This document shows positions 12,114-25,535 of a stretch of DNA of 64,000 nucleotides, piece by piece (position 1 is the first letter of the stretch; each line of letters starts with the position of its first letter). The stretch lies in contig NC_045696.1 in the NCBI RefSeq assembly GCF_009834535.1, positions 86,058,001 through 86,122,000 on the forward strand, given 5' to 3'. The notes below the pieces were generated by a model. It was given only the letters and a program-made list of their open reading frames with translations, had not been told where the DNA came from and did not search any database. The position numbers and the translations under genes are program-made. The stretch is from Camelus ferus (lineage: Eukaryota).

Positions 12114-12959
12114 ATTCACATTCCATGTAAAACCTCAGCAGAGTAAAAGCTTTCTGAAGTACCTGTTTAATACTCTATTCAGTGTTTAATAGAATATCTA
12201 AAAAAATTAATAACTCAAATTTCTGAAAACAGCAATAAAGATGATGATTGTGGAAATCAACAGAAGGAAGATATTTTAAAAAGTACAAGATGGTTTTGCA
12301 AGATAGAGCATTAGTAATTATTTACAGTTTGAGGACGCAAGAAAATAATGGTAAACCATATATCATTTTCAGTTTGCTAACTCTATTTTGGAAACCTACA
12401 AAAGACATCAACATGTTCTTTCTTTTAATAAATTGTGCTGTGGGGGCTGATAATTGTGTGATACTCATTAGTAACATATAATAAAATCAAGATTAGAATG
12501 TTACTGGTGGTATTCCCTGTGACACCCCTTAACACAAATAATAGTAATATTATATAATAAAGACCAAAGGAGAGACCTTACCCCTCTTCATGAAATAGAA
12601 ATAAATTGCATCAGTCTCTTTATCCTTTTATTTTTTGTCATTGCTCTTGCCTTAAAGCAAAATTAGACTTGTCCTCTAAAATTTATCCAGAACAAAGTAT
12701 GACTCCTCTTTCTTTCCTTCCTTTCATTTTTCCTTCACAATGTTGTCAAAAGGCATTAAATAGATGCAAGCAAAGAGTGAGTCCTCCTGTGGCTTGAGTC
12801 CCATGTGAGGAAAGAAGTCAATTGGGGTAAGAGCTATAGGTTTCAGGATGTTGGTTATATATATAGGAGGATGGAGAAAGTAACTAAATATATTGATGAT
12901 ATTGTTAGATTTCTCAATGTTAGCAAAAGGAGTTAAAAACACAAATTTTCTGACAAGAG

Positions 12960-13960
12960 AAAAAAGTTAAAATAAACTTTATTAAAGTTAATTAACTCAC
13001 ATCTAAGAAAAGATACCATTAAGAGAATAGAAAAGCAATCTTTGGAATAGGAGAAAATATTCATAATACAAATATCCTTCAAGGGGCTCATCCAGACTAT
13101 ATCAAGAAGTACAAATCAACAAAAACAAAGAGATAATCCAACAGGAAAAAAAATGAAATACTTGAACAGATGCTTCATAAAAGATTTCCAAATGTCCAAT
13201 AAACATATGAAACATTGTCAATTTCATTCATCTTTAGAGACGTGCAAATTAAAACCACAACCTGATACTAGTGCATGCTCTTGAGAGTAATAAAAAGATA
13301 GAAAATCATAAATGAGGCAACCGTAACTTTTATGTGCTGCTTGAGGGAGTATAAATTAGTATAAGCACTAACTAAAAGTATTTGGCAATATCTGCTAAAC
13401 ATTAGTATGTGTACACCATATGACCTAGCAATCTATTCCTAGGCTTATGCCTAATAGGAATGCTTATGTGTGTGTTCACCGAAAGACATGTATTAAATAT
13501 TCATATAACAGCACAATGAGTAATAACTTCAAATGCTCCACTAACCCTGTACTGTGATTAGGAGAATGGATAAATATGGCATATTGAGAAACTGGAATAC
13601 TAGGCAGCAATGAAGATAAATGATATATAATCACATGAAGTAATGGGAATAGATCTCATAAACATAAAATTGAGTGAAAGGAGTCAAACTTAAGAGAATG
13701 AACGATATGATTCCATTTACATAAAGTACCAAACAGTCGAAACTAATTTGTTGATTAGGAGTTACAAAAGTGAATCTCTTCAGTTGGAAGTGGGTTATTG
13801 GGTAGAAGGGGACATGAGACCTTCTGAGATGCAACTAATGTTTCTTAATGTGAATGTGGTTACACAGATATCCTCATTTTAGGAAAATACATTGGGCTCT
13901 ACACTTACGCATGTGTACTTTTCTGTATGTAGATTCATCTCAAAGAAGAGTTTTTAAAAA
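12960..13960 (+). mobile_element. L1ME-type LINE-1, ORF2 3' end plus 3' UTR
   Basis: ggagaaaatattcataatac; tccaataaacatatgaaa; gtgcaaattaaaaccacaa; catatgacctagcaatctattcctagg; end gtacttttctgtatgta...tttttaaaaa. Confidence 0.85.
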
Positions 13961-16094
13961 TGGATGTTATTGAATGAGAATTAATTTTTATCATATGCCA
14001 AATAGGTGTTTAATATAAATAAGAACAAAAATGCATGAAACTTATAATTTGAATAAACATGCACAGAGATGCATGAAACCTATGAATTTGAATTAAAACT
14101 CCATAAGTAATTATTTTAATGACTTATTTGACAGCATATTTAAATAAATGTATCTTAAAGTAAAAGTCATATAATTAGATTAAGACTTCCTGTGACTGTA
14201 TTGAATGTTTATTGAATATCTCATTTCTGCAGTTGTCACAAGATAAACTTCTGAAAATAGAGGCTATTTTCTTAGTAATTCTCACTATAATGCTGTAGGC
14301 ATTTCTACCATAAAGAATTTTATTCCTACAGTTTTGTAAAATCCACTTGATACCTCTTTTTAGAATGTATCACATTTAATTTTTAAATATGAATGATCTA
14401 AAGTCTAATGGGAAATACCACCACATTACTCTTAGGAATTGCAGTCATGACTTATTAACAAAAAATAATAATGTCAACTTTAGTGAAAAGTCTCTCACAC
14501 TGAATGTATTTATGTTATGCTTCATGTCCTGTTTTATTTTTTTGTGATCATAGTAAAGAAGTGCTAGAAACTTTCTCTTTTACATTTTTTAGAATTTTTG
14601 ATAGTATTTGACCCCATGAAGAAGTCAGTTAATCCCTCCCACTTTGGGACAGGACATAGGAGGGGTTCTTTCAGTTTCATAGTAAGGAAAATAAACTCCT
14701 CAATTCCTGGTTAGATAATTAAGCTTGTGAAAACAGTAACAGTTGCAAATGTTCACAGTAAACAGCTAAACAAACCTGTTCACACTTCTTATATCGCAAA
14801 CAACTTGGAGAATTACTTATTTGAGAAAACTAGAACCTTGAGGAATACCTCTGTGGGAACTCAGGGGACTTCTGGGTCAAACCTGACACAGAGGAATTGA
14901 CATCCGAATCAATGTCATGTGAAAGATAAACTCTGGCCTCTGTTGGATCAGATCAAGCAAGGCAGAGCTGCCTCAGAACTTTGTAGCATTCGGGCTATGG
15001 AAGATCAGTGCTGGGTAGCATCACATTGTGACAGCTGGATATCAGAGCAGCCATGGGCTGATTAAAAACCTTAGCTCTCATTGCTTGTATACAGAAGCTG
15101 AGTAGACATCTTTCAGACGGCATAGATCATTTAGAAATGAACTATTGATTACATATATTAGAAATTGGAAATGCGGGTTGATGTGGTATTAAAGAAAGAG
15201 GTATCAGACTTTCTGCTACTCTGGCCAATGGCTCCTTGAGATGATTTTAATTAAATTTAAGGAAGAAAGTAAAGGAGATTGAGCATGCTAGCATTTGAAT
15301 GTGGTGGAGCATTTCACATTGCTTACTTGTTATCATACTTTATGGTACCAAAAGCAAAAAACAACAAAAAGAGAAACCAAGAAGTTAAAATAAAACAAAA
15401 CAAAACACTAAAAGAAGCAAAAAGAGATGCTAAAGAAAAGCTTGCTAGGAATAAATACTATGAAGAAATATTTGAGAATGAATTTAAGTAGCACATTAAA
15501 AAAAGAATGTTTCTGAGAAAAAAAATACAATATAAAACAAAAAACTGAAACTATATGGCAGTTTAACATGAAGAGTTTGTTAATATTTATATCTTTGTAC
15601 TGAGATATAGTATATTGCAACCAGCTTGGGTTAGTTTTCCTCAAAAAAGACTATTGAGAAAATTAGATAAAAAATATCAGAATGAAAACATAAATGATGG
15701 CAGATAGGTATAACAGAGTAAAATGAAAACAATGCAAAACAAAGAGTTTTTTCTTTTACTAAATTAGCCAAAAATTAAAAGATGCTAAATTAAAAATGTT
15801 TTTATTTTAAAATTTACTTAGAATAATATTAAATATGGCAACAAGTGTTTTTAATTTTGTATGAAAGACTTCTTAGAAATTATATGCTAAAGTAGACAAC
15901 TTAAAGCAATATAAGGTTTTGATTTTAAAACTTTAAGTTATAATTAACTATCTTCAGTGGTTTGTTTTCTTATTAATAATTTATTACTGTAAGCAACTGG
16001 ACACACTTTTTTTTTTTCTAATTTAATAATTGCTTTTTTCCCCCAGTGCCTTAGAATAACTGTCCTGATCAACAATAAAAAAATTATTATACTC

Positions 16095-16217
16095 TTTTAT
16101 TCAATACATCACTATATGTTTATTACATGTGAGGCACTGCTTTGGGCTACAGGAATGCACTAAGAATGCAATTGTGATAAAAATAAATACAGTGTTTATC
16201 CCTAGATTCTGCATTCT
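16095..16217 (-). mobile_element. L2 3' end
   Basis: attcaatacatc...tacatgtgaggcactgctttgggctacagg...aaataaatacag. Confidence 0.55.
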
Positions 16218-16263
16218 CTCACTCTGTCTCTCAATCTTTTTTTTTCTCTCTTTCTCATATTGT

Positions 16264-16595
16264 ATGGGGCCCAGCACACTATGGCCCATGGGCCAAATCT
16301 GGTCTGCCACCAAGTTTTTCATGGCCTGTAAGCCAAAATGGTTTTTACATTTTTAAAAGGTGAAAAAATTCAAAGAGTAGTGTTTTGACATGTGAAAATT
16401 AAGTGAAATTTGAATTTGAGTGTCTACAAATAAAGTGTTATTGGAACACAGGTACATTAATTTATTTAAGCACTGTCTATGGCTAATTTCACGCGACAGC
16501 AACAGAGGGTGAGTAGTTGAAAAAGAATCAGTATGGCCTGAAAAGCCTGAATATTTACTCTTTTTTTCTTTACAGAAAATGTTTGTCAGTCCCTC
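16264..16595 (+). mobile_element. hAT-Charlie MITE (MER58B-like)
   Basis: ctatggcccatgggccaaatctgg...aatggtttttacatttttaaa...aaataaagtgttattggaacaca...tttacagaaaatgtttgtcagtccct. Confidence 0.85.
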
Positions 16596-16599
16596 ATGC

Positions 16600-16930
16600 A
16601 GCACCCCAGGGTTCTATATTCCATCCACAGCCCATGTAAAAGGACAAAGAAACCCCTACCTTAGCAGGGGTTGTCAAGGGATGCACAAGACCATCCCTTC
16701 TGTTGTAGGAAGAAAATATTTGCCCCTTTTTTTAAGGTTTTTAAACATTTTCTTTAAAATGTACAAAAATTTTACAACATACAATTTAGAAATAAACATA
16801 TATTTATATATTAAACACACATGTATTATATGCATTATACGTGCATTTGTGTTACATATGCTATGTGTGTGTATGTATATATCTCCACATGTAATTATAA
16901 ATAAACAGATACATATATACCCATTATAGA
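16600..16930. mobile_element. Possible hAT-Charlie (Charlie10/Charlie2-like) subterminal fragment
   Basis: ggatgcacaagaccatccc...gtaggaagaaaatatt followed by an AT/TA-rich stretch resembles Charlie subterminal sequence. Confidence 0.35.
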
Positions 16931-18052
16931 GATAGTGGAATGAACGGTGGAAGCTTTGGCTGAATTTCTAAAATGATAGTCATATGATGCCAGATTTTGA
17001 CTGTAATGAAAAATTCTCCTTTTTTTTTCTTTTTTAATGGAAACGTGATTCACATGTATTATGTTCTAACATCTTAAAAATGGAATAGGGAAAAGGGAAG
17101 CCTAAAATGAATATGCATAAATTTATTTATAAAAATACTAGGAATGAAATTATAACTACTGCTTCTCATATATATGGTGTTTCTTTTAATCTTTTACCAA
17201 AGACTTCTATTTTAATAATATTTAGTTAAAGTCTAGTAGTAAGTGCAGAAGCGTTAATTATCTCTGTGTACACCTGTTAATTATGTGAGAGCATTGCCCT
17301 TTCATGGAGTAATGGGTATCGTCCTACAGCTCGTAAGTTGGAAGATCAAATTTCATAGAAATTCATGTACATTATAAGAAGATATCACTTTAAGGAGTGT
17401 CAGTAGTGGTTTTAAAGTGTTCGAGAGTCACTTTTCAAGCCATAAGGAATCCATAAAAATAGTGATAGCTGGGTAGCAGGGTATAATGTGGTTATGCCAC
17501 ATGGTTTGGCTCTTTTCCCACAATTAAGGTATTTTCATTTTACTATTTTAAAATACAATTCAAAAACAACCTTCCAGTTCTTCTACATGCTAGGTAATAA
17601 ATCACACTTCTGCCAAAATCCAAAATGTTTCAGAGTTAGCTTGTGACTTGTCACCTTATTCATGTTCACACTTTGTCATTATGCTCCTCTCTGCTCTTTA
17701 GACAATTTCCTTTTGTCTACTCTGTTAGCCATATCACCGTCTAAATTAGTAATTTAATTAGATAAAGTAATAACCTGGTATTCAAAAGTAAAATTGTATC
17801 AATTGCATTGTTAGTCAGTTCTTTGTAAGCTTTATGAGCTTTGTAATCAAAAGCAAGCCATCACACATTTATACCATATTGCACTGTTTTCAAATCTTTT
17901 CACATAATGGTTCACTTTAAAAGATGGTAATACCTCCACAACACACTGATGAACAGTTGAGCGTGATTCCAACAGTAGGTGATGAGCATAAGGGCTCCAG
18001 CTAACTCAGATCTACGCAACCACACTGATAAGTGAGGACTCAATCTTGGATG

Positions 18053-18470
18053 TCTTAGGCTGAGATCCCTAAAAGTACACCCTGATAAACAGGGTTAAAG
18101 GTAGTTTATTTGGGTAGTGACATCAGGGACTAGGAATGAGAGACAGGGGAATCAAAAAGGAAGGAAAAATGCATTTCCCCAAGTTGGCCCTTATTATGAG
18201 CCCCAGGGCTCAGTCACGAAGGCTCTGGTATGCACAGAGGGATAGTATGTGTTTATGTATGTATTTACTTTCAGTCCCCCTTGGTCAAGGGCAGCCCCAT
18301 GAGCGTTAGCAGCACACACCTCTGGGTCGCATATACCAGTTAACCAAAGAGAGAGAGAGACAGACAGAGACAGAATTCTCTGAAACAACAGCAACAACAA
18401 CAGACTGTTCTGAGGGAGAAGCCTTCCTGAGAGAGTTAAGACATCATCAGAGCACATGTGTAATATATTC
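18053..18470 (-). mobile_element. ERVL LTR (LTR33-like)
   Basis: Starts tgtcttaggctgagatccc...gtagtttatttgggtagtga...ccttggtcaagggcagcccc, matching the antisense LTR33/LTR16 layout. Confidence 0.65.
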
Positions 18471-19504
18471 TATTCTAAAGGCAGTGTGGAAACCAGAAAA
18501 GCCACAGGTGGGACCAAGCAGTTGAGCCAGTTTCAAACTGTTACAACTTTGAAATGCCTCTTTCCCCTATAATAAACGTCAATAAGTTTTTGTGAAACCT
18601 TATTAGATACATAGTTGACCTAAAACTTGCATGGTTTAAATTAAGCAATAGACATCAGAAATACCACCTGTGTTTGGTCTGGCCGCCTCCATAACTAGAT
18701 ACTCAATGAGCATAATTTAACCTGGCGCTAATATTTCCTCCCCCTTTTACATTTTGACTTTGAGGAACTGCAATCTGTTGTGCTTTAATCACAATATCCA
18801 CTGAGTTATTAGACTTCGTTTGACACTCCTGATTTTAATGGATGCTAAAAATTTCCTCCCATTGCCATGTAATCACTAGATGTTTTTAATTCCTGCTGCA
18901 TTGCAGAATCCAGACACTGTTAGTCTGCAAGTCTGCCTCTTGAGCCACTGAAGGTCAAGGCCATTAATTGATTATTAGCTTTCTATTCTTATAACTTTTA
19001 AGTAATAATACTTATTAATTAATCATTGCCTTTTACCATATTTTCATTAAAATAAAAATACATTTCTGATGGCATATGTTTTAAAAGGAAAATACAGTTT
19101 CCAGTAAAGATTTATTCATGCAGAAGTTTCAAATATAGAGTCAAGGGGAGGTAATAAAAATATATTAGATACATTAGAAAAATACTAATAAAAGAAAGAG
19201 GACTGAAGCAGGAGGCAGTAATAAATTCCTAACTTCCTTATATAGGGGGATCTGAATATGGCACACATCTGAATTCAATTCCTTCATCACAAAATTACAG
19301 AATTAGAATTGATGCTTTCAAAGGACTCATTTAATTCAAAGAGTTTTTGATTCATATATAGTAGCTCTTGATTATCTGTAAGCAACCAGAATTACCTATT
19401 CTTTACTATCCACTGAAACATGAAAGTTACATGAATATATATATTAAGGCTATAATATTTTATCTGATTATATGTATTCATAATTATTGAGCTCTACTAA
19501 AACT

Positions 19505-19830
19505 ATGAAGTCATAGAGTAGGAAAAGATTGAGTAGGCACTCTAGTCCAAATTCAAACTCAATGAAAAGAATTCTTTATATTTCATATCTTAATGACAGT
19601 CACCTAGAACTTCCTTTAATACCTCCAGTAATAAGAAGACACTTTAGTAATAAGAAACCTCATTAACACTCAAGAAAGCCCATTCAATTTTTGAATAGAT
19701 TCAGCTATTCAATTGAATGCTATGTATTTATTGATCGTTCACAGAAATATAGGTACCATTTCAGACACTTGTAATATTCTTCCTTGTACTGTACTTAAAC
19801 TCTGCTTCTCTGTATATTTTTCCCATTGTA
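19505..19830 (-). mobile_element. L3/CR1 LINE 3' end
   Basis: tctagtccaa...tacctccagtaa...gaaagcccattcaatttttgaatag...ttcttccttgtactg...ctgcttctctgta...cccattg. Confidence 0.6.
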
Positions 19831-21838
19831 TTTTGTGATTAATGAAAGAAATCAGTATGCCTGAAGACTGTGTTCTTTTTTTTAAATTGAAATAGTGACC
19901 TTCACATCTTTGTTAGTCTTCATTATTAATTTTCTATTCAGAAAAGTAATCTGATTCTAACTCTCTACTGGCATATTCAACATAGAGGAAAAAATGACAA
20001 GACTATAGATACATTCTCTGTGCAGTTACTTTTTCCTGCAATTTCTCAGTGTAGCTTTGACAGGTAATGTAAGTTTGCCCTATTCGATGGGTAGTTAGAC
20101 GACATTTGCTTCATAAATTGTCAGCATGTTCTCTCTTCAAAGTTGTAAGGATGACCTTAAACAAAGACAAATGTCTTGTTAGAATACTAAATTTCGTCTT
20201 AAAAATTGCTAGCCTTCAGACAAAATATCAAGATCTTTTTTTTAAGAACATCCAGAACTTTGAAGCACAAATAAGTTAAGAATAGAACTAAGTTAGTGAT
20301 TTCCTGACCTTATGTATGTGTACATTGGAGTATACTTAAAATTCTTCAAGGTTTTTCTAATAATAATTAAAATTAATTATATTGGGTAAAACTATTTGTC
20401 AAACCAGAAGAAATTTTGTATAGTGGAAAGACTTCAGTACTTCTCTGTAATTTTCATCTACTCGCCTCAATCTTAAATTGCTCTGGATACAGTCACTACC
20501 CAGGACCTGTCACTGCTGCTTTCTTTTGTATACCTGGACTAAAACATACCTCTGTTCAACTCAAGATTTCTATCTTTTAAGGGTTTTTGCATTACTTTTA
20601 GATATAATGATACATGATCATTTGGATACAAAATAACAATCTAAAAGTCTCTCTACCCCTGGACAGTATCTGTGCAATTTGTTGGTGAACTTTGGAGACA
20701 GTGCTCTTAGTTCTTTTAAAATAACACTCAAAAGAGCAACCTGTCCACTAATAATTGGACATGTAAGTTATGTAGAGGGGAGGATGGCATCATTGTTTTC
20801 CTTTATGCAGTATATCTTTATAAACGGTAGAGAAAGTCAGCAACATTCTTCAAATTATACTACACAATCACAAATTACAACATCAGGGGAGATGCATATT
20901 TAATAAAAATAATCCATCAAGTTGTTCACTTATTATTTCAACTACTACTTACTAAACGCTACTATGTATAAGGCACTTGGGATGTAAAATTTAGCATAAA
21001 CACCAATCAGTACAGATGTTAACCATAAATTAAACTATTCCCTACCTTTCTTAAGTTGGCAGCAATCTTAGTATTTGTCTATACACTAAATTGAATAGCA
21101 AGTATGAGGAGGATAGAGAGCTTCCGTAAATTTTCAGCATAACTCCAAGCATGACAATTATTCTTTATCATATTTCCATTTTTGTGGGGGGAGGATTAAT
21201 TTCAGAATGTGAAGTGAAGTTTTTTTCTTTTGTTTGTTTTTCCCCCTGTCACATTCACCTGTGCTCACTTTTTACCTAGAGAGCAATTCAAAAACTCTTT
21301 AGGTCTTAGACTTTGCTGCTACATAAATGTTAGAGTGATGATGATGCAAAAAATAGAAGTCAGCAACGTAGTAGTTAGGCAAACAAAGAAATTAAGAAAA
21401 TTAGTATATGGCAGGATAGAAGAGCATTTTCATGCTTAAATCAAAATTTCAAAAGGCAAAGATCATTCAATTAGAGAACTGGTTTATCAAAGCAACTGTT
21501 TAGTAGATTTAGGCTATCTCCAATTGAACAACAAGATGTCACATGTATTTTTTCACATTGTATGCGATCTCTAGGTCATTTCTGGACTTCAATCAAGCTT
21601 TCATTATGATTGTTTTAATCCTTGTCATATACTTACATTTTTATTGCTGTTATTGTTATTGTTTGTTTATTTTTTTAATGGAGAATCCAAAAAGTTTAAG
21701 TGAAAAAGAGAATTTTGTTCCTTGGGGAAAAATCGACTTGTTTTCTAGTAGCGTCTTCTCCAAAGTAATAAAGTATCCTGAGACTGTAGTTATTTATTTA
21801 TTTATTTTTGGCCTTAAATGGAAGGCCAAATGATATAG

Positions 21839-22048
21839 AGGGGGGTCAGCAAGATAAAGCTTGCCATCTATCTTTGTAAATAAAGTTTTATTGGAACACA
21901 GCCATGCCCATCCATTTACATAGTCTCTGCAGCTGATCTTGCACAACAAAGGCAACGTTGAATAGGAGTGACAGAGACCATATGGGATGGTCTGTAGAAT
22001 TTAAAATATTTACTGTCTGGCCCTTTACAGAATGTGTTTTGTGGCCCT
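21839..22048 (+). mobile_element. hAT-Charlie MITE (MER58A-like)
   Basis: ggggtcagcaa...tttgtaaataaagttttattggaacacagccatgccca...aaaatatttactgtctggccctttacagaa. Confidence 0.9.
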
Positions 22049-22349
22049 TTCATAGAATAAAGAAATGTGTGATTCCAGAGAATGAGAATAGAAATCAATG
22101 TGTAGAATGTTCACTACTCAATAAGAGAAGGAGGAAGGAAGAGTGGAGTAAAGAGAAGAAAACCATAGAGATCATAAAAGCACCATGGAAAATATATAAA
22201 AAAATGTTTATACAAATATGAAGCCATTGTAAAGGCCAAGAAAATCTTGGTAGTGATAGCTACAGTGGTACATTCTTCTCTCATAAATTGAAAATTAGAC
22301 ATATTATTAAGGTGCCATGTAACAGTTTGAGAGGAAGGCAAGATTTAAG

Positions 22350-23000
22350 TCAGGTATCTAAATAACCCCAGGATAAAGCTGCAACTGACCTTGGCTGAGG
22401 AGAAGATGATAGAAGCACTGTCTGTATTTTGCTCAGTCTTCAAAAACCACACTAGCCTCAAGCATAAAGTGGAACTGGGGAGCTTAAGAAGAAATAGCCA
22501 AATTGACAGCAATGTACTAGCTGGTAGGTGTTAGCAATTATCAGTGAAGCTTATACCCAGGATTTATCAGCCCACTGTCTGCTGGACTGCTATACAGGGG
22601 AATTAAATTCTAAGAAAATAGACGTCACAACAGTATCCTGCTGAGAACTGCAGCCCTGGAAGGGAGGGGTTGGTTATACTTGGGAAGCAATTCAAGTGTC
22701 AGCAGTGATCCCTGATGCTTAATGAATACAAAGACTGACCAGAAAGCAGTTGTATGATAATGCTGGCAGGGAACTTCTTCATCTTTTGAGGAAAAACAGT
22801 GGAAGAATATAGCATCAGTTTTCTGATCACCAGCACCTGCACAGAACACATAGGTGGACTCTGTGGTGCGTCTCATGGAGGAAGTCACTGCCAGAAGTGT
22901 GGATCGTGACCAAGGAGTTCTTTAAGAATTTTTAAAGCATCTGTTTGGATCTCACAGTATTCCTCCTCAATTTCCTCTATACCTCTGTGAATGTGTCTTG
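22350..23000. mobile_element. Probable ancient LTR element (family not assigned)
   Basis: A more GC-rich, LTR-like block in an AT-rich background. No diagnostic termini identified. Confidence 0.3.
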
Positions 23001-24469
23001 TTACTTAGATTCTTTTTGTTTTTCCTGGTATAGAGCCTAATTTTCAGATAATGAAATTAGTGACTTCATCTTTACATGTTGGGAAAGGAAAGACAGGAAA
23101 AAAAGGGGAGACAGGGTAATATCTTCATCATTGCAACAAGTTAGAAATATTTTAAGAGCTGAAAAGTTGTATTTTTTTTTCATGCAGCAAATCAGGGAAG
23201 GACAATAGATTGTGAAGAGAGAAAATCAATTTGCATTTGCCTTAATATCTCCAGCCAGTTCATTCAGAAATTATAATCCAAGAAATATTTATGTTTAATT
23301 TGGTCAGATGGATCCTAATTTTTGAGATTTATATTAATATTCAATCATTTTTTGTTGTAGAGTCTCAGTTAAAGAACTCTATCAAAGACAGTGGTTGTAT
23401 CTAATATTCTTAAACTTACTGGTATTTATTGATTTTCCCATTAAACTGGGGGCAAGGCAAGTTATGATGTACCTTGCCTATGTCCTCGGTTATAGCAGAG
23501 AGAACGAGAGGGGAAATAATAAAATAATATTAAGACTTTGGGAAAGCTAAGTACCTAGGATTTGGTACTTATTTTCAGAGGTAAATGCTCTTAATTCTCT
23601 AATATTTATTGACCCAGATTTTCATGGGATATAAATATTCTCCAGTCACAAATAAGGCATTAGCTTCAGCAGGGAACTGAAGAATGCTGCAACACTAAAC
23701 CTGTGCTTTGGAATAATACATTAGTATCTCCAAAAATTAAATTCAGCTACCCACAGAGCCTAGTAGAAAACCAGAGGGCAGGCTGGGAGAGCATAATCTG
23801 GTTCATGTATGTTTCTTTGGATTGATAGCATCAAAGATTTAGGCATTTCAGATGAATGTTTTGTTTTATAATAAAAAAGTCATATGTAAACTGTTTTTTG
23901 CTTATCACATAAAGTTTGATATTTAAAACTTTGATCCAATGTGGCATAAATAGAAATAATTTTATATTCAATTTTATAGACATCAAAATTATGGACCAAC
24001 TTTTGGTTATTACATTATATCAAATACTGCTGTTTATCTTCCAGCAAGTCCCTTTTCTCTGTTGATTTTGATCACAGTAAAGAACTTTCTGATTTAAATA
24101 CACATCTAAACTAATTGATATTCCTTGCTTTTTTGGAAGATTATAACACCGTCTTTTACTTCTTAGGATTCTAACTATTATAACATACATTTAGCTTTTC
24201 AGAACTGATCTATAAAAGCACATTGCTTTCTCTTGATTACAACTAAAAAAAATTACAACTTGTTAAGTGATGATTCTATATTCATGACTCTGAAATTAGG
24301 ACTGCCTGACTTCTTTGGAATGGCAAACTGAGAGGAAAAAATAATTGCTCAGGCATTACACATTTTAAATAAAATAAAACACTTATTTTTAAGAGCCAAG
24401 CGTTAATGAATTTCTGAAAGATATACAGAAATATTATTTTCATAATAAAAATATTTTATTCATCCACTT

Positions 24470-24690
24470 CGAATTATCTCCCCACTGTATTTCCATAGGA
24501 TTTAACCAATGCTAACTCATATATATCCCTAACCCATTTGTTTCTTTATGAACTCACTTACTTGTGTGTTTATCTCTTCTAATAATTGAGAAGCTTAAAG
24601 CCAGGTACCATGTGTTATTCATCTTCACAGTGTGCCTAGAATAGTTGAAGATACATTATGAAAATTCAAGTATTATTTCTGAAACAAATG
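24470..24690 (+). mobile_element. L2 3' end
   Basis: gcttaaagccaggtaccatgtgttattcatcttcacagtgtgcctagaatag...tatttctgaaacaaatg. Confidence 0.7.
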
Positions 24691-25191
24691 GTAATTAACC
24701 TAAAGCATACAGAATTGCAACTAGGTGAAGTTTCACACTCTAAAATCTGCAGATTTTATATATAATATAATGTACAAATAAATAAAAAATAAATAAAATT
24801 TAAAATGTATAAAATATAAAGCAGATAAGCTTGCTCACAGATATATTAAGAACCTCTTGGATATTTGAGTAGATGGAGGAGAACATCAAGACTGCTTAGA
24901 ACCAGAGAAGGTGAAGTAATAGGGTTATGTTATGGATTATATTTCAGAGTTTTCTCAAAAATTTATCACTTCAGTTACTGTTGGTAAGGTTTTATACACA
25001 CATACAGATTTTTAAAAAACCATTAAAAATCCTCTTTCAGTATTTTGGCTATGCTAAACCTTAAATATTTCTAAAAATTCTGTTTTTGGCTAAATCTATG
25101 ATGATGACTGGAAGTAGAGATTGGAAGGACAGGAGATCAATTCTTTTTATACTCTCCATTTGCATCCACCTGACTTGCATTTTTAAAACAG

Positions 25192-25535
25192 AGTATATCA
25201 ACAGATGAAAGAATAAAGAAGATGTGGTGTATAAACACTACATCTTCATAATATACACACACACATACACACTGAAATATTATTTATACATGAGAAAGAA
25301 AAAATCTTGTTGTTTGAGACAACATGGATGCACCTTGAGGGCACTATGCTAAGTGAAATAAGTTACACCGAGAAAAACAAAGTATATTAGAACTTATATG
25401 TGGAATATAAAAAAGCCAAACTCATAGAAACATAGACTAGAATGGTAGTTACTAGGGGGTGGGGATGGGAGAAATGGAGAGATGTTACTAATATAATATC
25501 ATAAATCAACTATTCTTCAAAAAATGTTTAAAAAA
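25192..25535 (+). mobile_element. L1 3' end (L1MA9/laurasiatherian-type) with internal deletion
   Basis: acagatgaaagaataaagaagatgtgg; gacaacatggatgcaccttgagggcactatgctaagtgaaataag; ends taaatcaactattcttcaaaaaa. Confidence 0.85.

Noticed and set aside
14029..14097. Diverged ~30-bp direct repeat atgcatgaaac(t/c)tat..aatttgaat (other short ones near 11316/11400, 19627/19646 and 3499/3518)
   Set aside because: These are isolated two-copy local duplications, not an array. There is no CRISPR-like repeat-spacer periodicity.
15279..15491. Lys-rich ORF resembling a basic or nuclear protein
   Set aside because: It derives from an A-rich low-complexity tract, with no splice or homology support.
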